Positions 60,901 through 64,000 of a stretch of 64,000 nt of DNA are shown here, piece by piece. The translations under genes were made by a program, and so were the position numbers. The first letter of the stretch is position 1. The number at the start of each line of letters is the position of its first letter. The notes under the pieces are model-generated. The model saw only the letters and a program-made list of their open reading frames with translations. It searched no databases and was not told the DNA's origin. The stretch comes from Squalus acanthias (Eukaryota), in the NCBI GenBank assembly GCA_030390025.1, contig JASTWF010000361.1:372001-436000 (forward strand). The letters are read 5' to 3'.

Positions 60901-63900
60901 CTCTCTCTAAACCAGGGGTCACTGGGCAGTAATTAGGAGCAGGAACCCAGTCTGATTTCCCCTCTCTCTAACCCAGGGGACACTGGACAGTGATCAGGAG
61001 CAGGAACCCTGGCTGATTCCCCTCTCTCTAACCCAGGGGTCACTGGACAGTGATCAGGAGCAGGAACCCTGGCTGATTTCCCCTCTTTCTAACCCAGGGG
61101 TCACTGGAAAGTGATCAGGAGCAGGAACCCTGGCTGATTTCCCTTCTCTCTAAACAAGGGGTCACTGGGCAGTGGTCAGGAACCCTGGCTGATTTCCCCT
61201 CTCTCTAACCCAGGGTACACTGGACAGTGATCAGGAGCAGGAACCCTGGCTGATTCCCCTCTCTCTAACCCAGGGGTCACTGGACAGTGATCAGGAGCAG
61301 GAACCCTGGCTGATTTCCCCTCTCTCTAACCCAGGGGACACTGGACAGTGATCAGGAACCCGGGCTGATTTCCCATCTCTCTAACCCAGGAGACACTGGA
61401 CAGTGATCAGGAGCAGGAAACCTGGCTGATTTCCCCTCTCTGTAACCCAGGGGTCACTGGACAGTGATCAGGAGCAGGAACCCTGGCTAATTTCCCCTCT
61501 CTGTAAACCGGGGTCACTGGGCAGTGATCAGGAGCAGGAACCCTGGCTGATTTCCCCTCTCTCTAACCCAGGGGTCACTGGACAGTGATCAGGAAACCTG
61601 GCTGATTTCCCCTCTCTCTAACCCAGGGGTCACTGGGCAGTGATGAGGAGCAGGAAACCTGGCTGATTTCTTCTCTCTCTAACATAGGGGACACTTGAGA
61701 TTGATCAGGAAACCTGTCCGATTTCCCCTCTCTCTGACCCAGGGCTGACTGGAAAGTGATGAGGAGCAGGAACCCTGGCGGATTTCCTCTCTCTCTAACC
61801 CAGGGGTCACTGGGCAGTGATCAGGAGCAGGAACCCTGGCTGGTTTCCCCTCACTCTAACCCAGGGGACAATGGACAGTGATCAGGAACCCTGGCTGATG
61901 TCCCCTCTCTCTAAACCAGGTGTCACTGGGCAGTAATCAGGAGCAGGAACCCGGGCTGATTTCCCCTCTCTCTAACCCAGGGGTCACTGGGCAGTGATCA
62001 GGAGCAGGAACCCTGGCTGATTTCCCCTCTCTCTAACCCAGGGGTCACTGGACAGTGATCAGGAAACCTGGCAGATTTCCCCTCTCTCGAAACCAGGGGT
62101 CACTGGGCACTGATCAGGAGCAGGAACCCTGGCTGATTTCCTCTCTCTCTAACCCAGGGGTCACTGGGCAGTGATCAGGAGCAGGAACACTGGCTGGTTT
62201 CCCCTCACTCTAACCCAGGGGACAATGGACAGTGATCAGGAACCTGAGCTGATTTCCCCTCTCTGTAACCAAGGAGACAATGGACAGTGATCAGGAGCAG
62301 GAACCCTGGTTGATTTCTCCTCTCTGTAACCCAGGAGACAATGGACAGTGATCAGGAGCAGGAACCCTGGCTGATTTCCCCTCTCTGTAACCCAGGGGTC
62401 ACTGGACAGTGATCAGGAGCAGGAACCCGGGATGATATCCCTTCTCTCTAACCCAGGGGTCACTGGACAGTGATCAGGAGCAGGAACCCTGGCTGATTGC
62501 CCCTCTCTGTAACGCAGGGGTCACTGGGCAGTGATCAGGAACAGGAACCTTGGCTGATTCCCCGTCTCTTTAACCCAGGGATCACTGGGCCGTGATGAGG
62601 AGCAGGAACCCTGGCTGAATACCCCTCTCTCTAACCCAGGGGTCACTGGGCAGTGTTTCAGGAACCCGGGCTGATTTCCCCTCTCTGTAACCCAGGGGTA
62701 ACTGGAAAGTGATCAAGAGCAGGAACCCTGGCTGATTTCCCCCCTCTCTAACCCAGGGGTCACTGGGCAGTGATCAGGAGCAGGAACCCTGGCTGATTTC
62801 CCCTCTTTCTTACCCAGGGGTCACTGGACAGTGATCAGGAGCAGGAACCCTGTCTGATATCCCCTCTCTCTAACCCAGGGGACACTGGACAGTGATCAGG
62901 AGCAGGAACCCTGGCTGATTTCCCCTCTCTCTAACCCAGGGGTCACTGGACAGTGATCAGGAAACCTGACTGATTTCCACTCTCTCTAAACCAGGGGTCA
63001 CTGGGCACTGATCCGGAGCAGGCATCCTGGCTGATTTCCCCTCTCTCTAACCCAGGGGTCACTGGGCAGTGATGAGGAGCAGGAACCCTGGCTGATTTCC
63101 CCTCTCTCTAACATAGGGGACACTGGAGATTGATCAGGAAACCTGCCTGATTTCCCCTCTCTCTAACCCAGGGCTGACTGGAAAGTGATGAGGAACAGGA
63201 ACCCTGGCTGATTTCCCCTCTTTCTTACCCAGGGGTCACTGGACAGTGATCAGGAGCAGGAACCCTGGCTGGTTTCCCCTCTCTCTAACACAGGGGACAA
63301 TGGACAGTGATCAGGAACCCTGGCGGATGTCCCCTCTCTCTAAACCAGGGGTCACTGGGCAGTAATCAGGAGCAGGAACCCTGGCTGATTTCCCCTCTCT
63401 GTAACCCAGGGGTCACTGGACAGTGATCAGGAGCAGGAAACTTGGCTGATTTCCCCTCTCTGTAACCCAGGGTTCACTGGACAGTGATCAGGAGCAGGAA
63501 TCCTGGCTGATTTCACCTCTCTGTAACGCAGGGGACACTGGACACTGATCAGGAGCAGGAACCCTTGCTGATTTCCCCTCTCTCTAACACCGGGGTCACT
63601 GGGCAGTGATCAGGAGCAGGTACCCTGGCTGATTTCCCCTCTCTCTAACACAGGGGTCACTGGACAGTGATCAGGAGCAGGAACCCTGGCTGATTTCCCC
63701 ACTCTCTAACACCGGGGTCACTGGACAGTGATCAGGAGCAGGTACCCTGGCTGATTTCCCCACTCTCTAACACCGGGGTCACTGGACAGTGATCAGGAGC
63801 AGGTACCCTGGCTGATTTCCCCTCTCTCTAACACAGGGGTCACTGGACAGTGATCAGGAGCAGGAACCCGGGATGATATCCCTTCTCTCTAACCCAGGGG

Positions 63901-64000
63901 TCACTGGACAGTGATCAGGAGCAGGAACCCTGGCTGATATCCCTTCTCTCTAACCCAGGGGTCACTGGACAGTGATCAGGAGCAGGAACCCTGGCTGATT
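51992..64000. repeat. Satellite array block 3 (runs off the window end)
   Basis: Same monomer, resuming in phase after the GGAG TSD. Confidence 0.97.

Noticed and set aside
11834..64000. Satellite as a CRISPR array or coding repeat (short ORFs at 19801, 23612, 26060, 57155, 59135, 59467)
   Set aside because: No unique spacers, no cas genes, and a eukaryotic context. The 61/55-bp units do not preserve frame, so the ORFs are chance products.
11834..64000. Hammerhead ribozyme in the satellite minus strand (CTGATCA...GAAA)
   Set aside because: The core would be CUGAUCA, lacking the essential G8, and the helices do not flank the boxes correctly.
11834..64000. Telomeric array
   Set aside because: Only one CTAACCC per monomer and no tandem (TTAGGG)n.

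Overview
Repeat-dominated vertebrate genomic DNA with no recognisable host gene. The CR1/L2/SINE/Penelope content suggests a cartilaginous fish; this is an inference. Bases 1-11.8 kb are a nest of retroelements: an L2 containing a solo LTR, which contains a CR1, which contains a Harbinger-like MITE. This region also holds SINE, Penelope/hammerhead and further CR1 pieces. Bases 11.8-64 kb are a ~61-bp satellite array with higher-order duplications, interrupted by a young 5'-truncated CR1 (33240-36008) and a 9.5-kb LTR element on the minus strand (42501-51991). The LTR element is the most striking feature. It has two apparently identical 1724-bp LTRs, a 4-bp TSD and an intact Gag with a CCHC knuckle and overlapping PSAP/PPxY late domains. 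It has no pol. Instead, the gag stop (UGA-CUAG readthrough context) runs in frame into an unknown ~380-codon coiled-coil/disordered ORF. An intact 783-aa envelope follows, joining an Ig-like domain to a furin-cleaved, F-protein-like class I fusion module. It looks like a recently mobile, non-autonomous, lokiretrovirus-like provirus.
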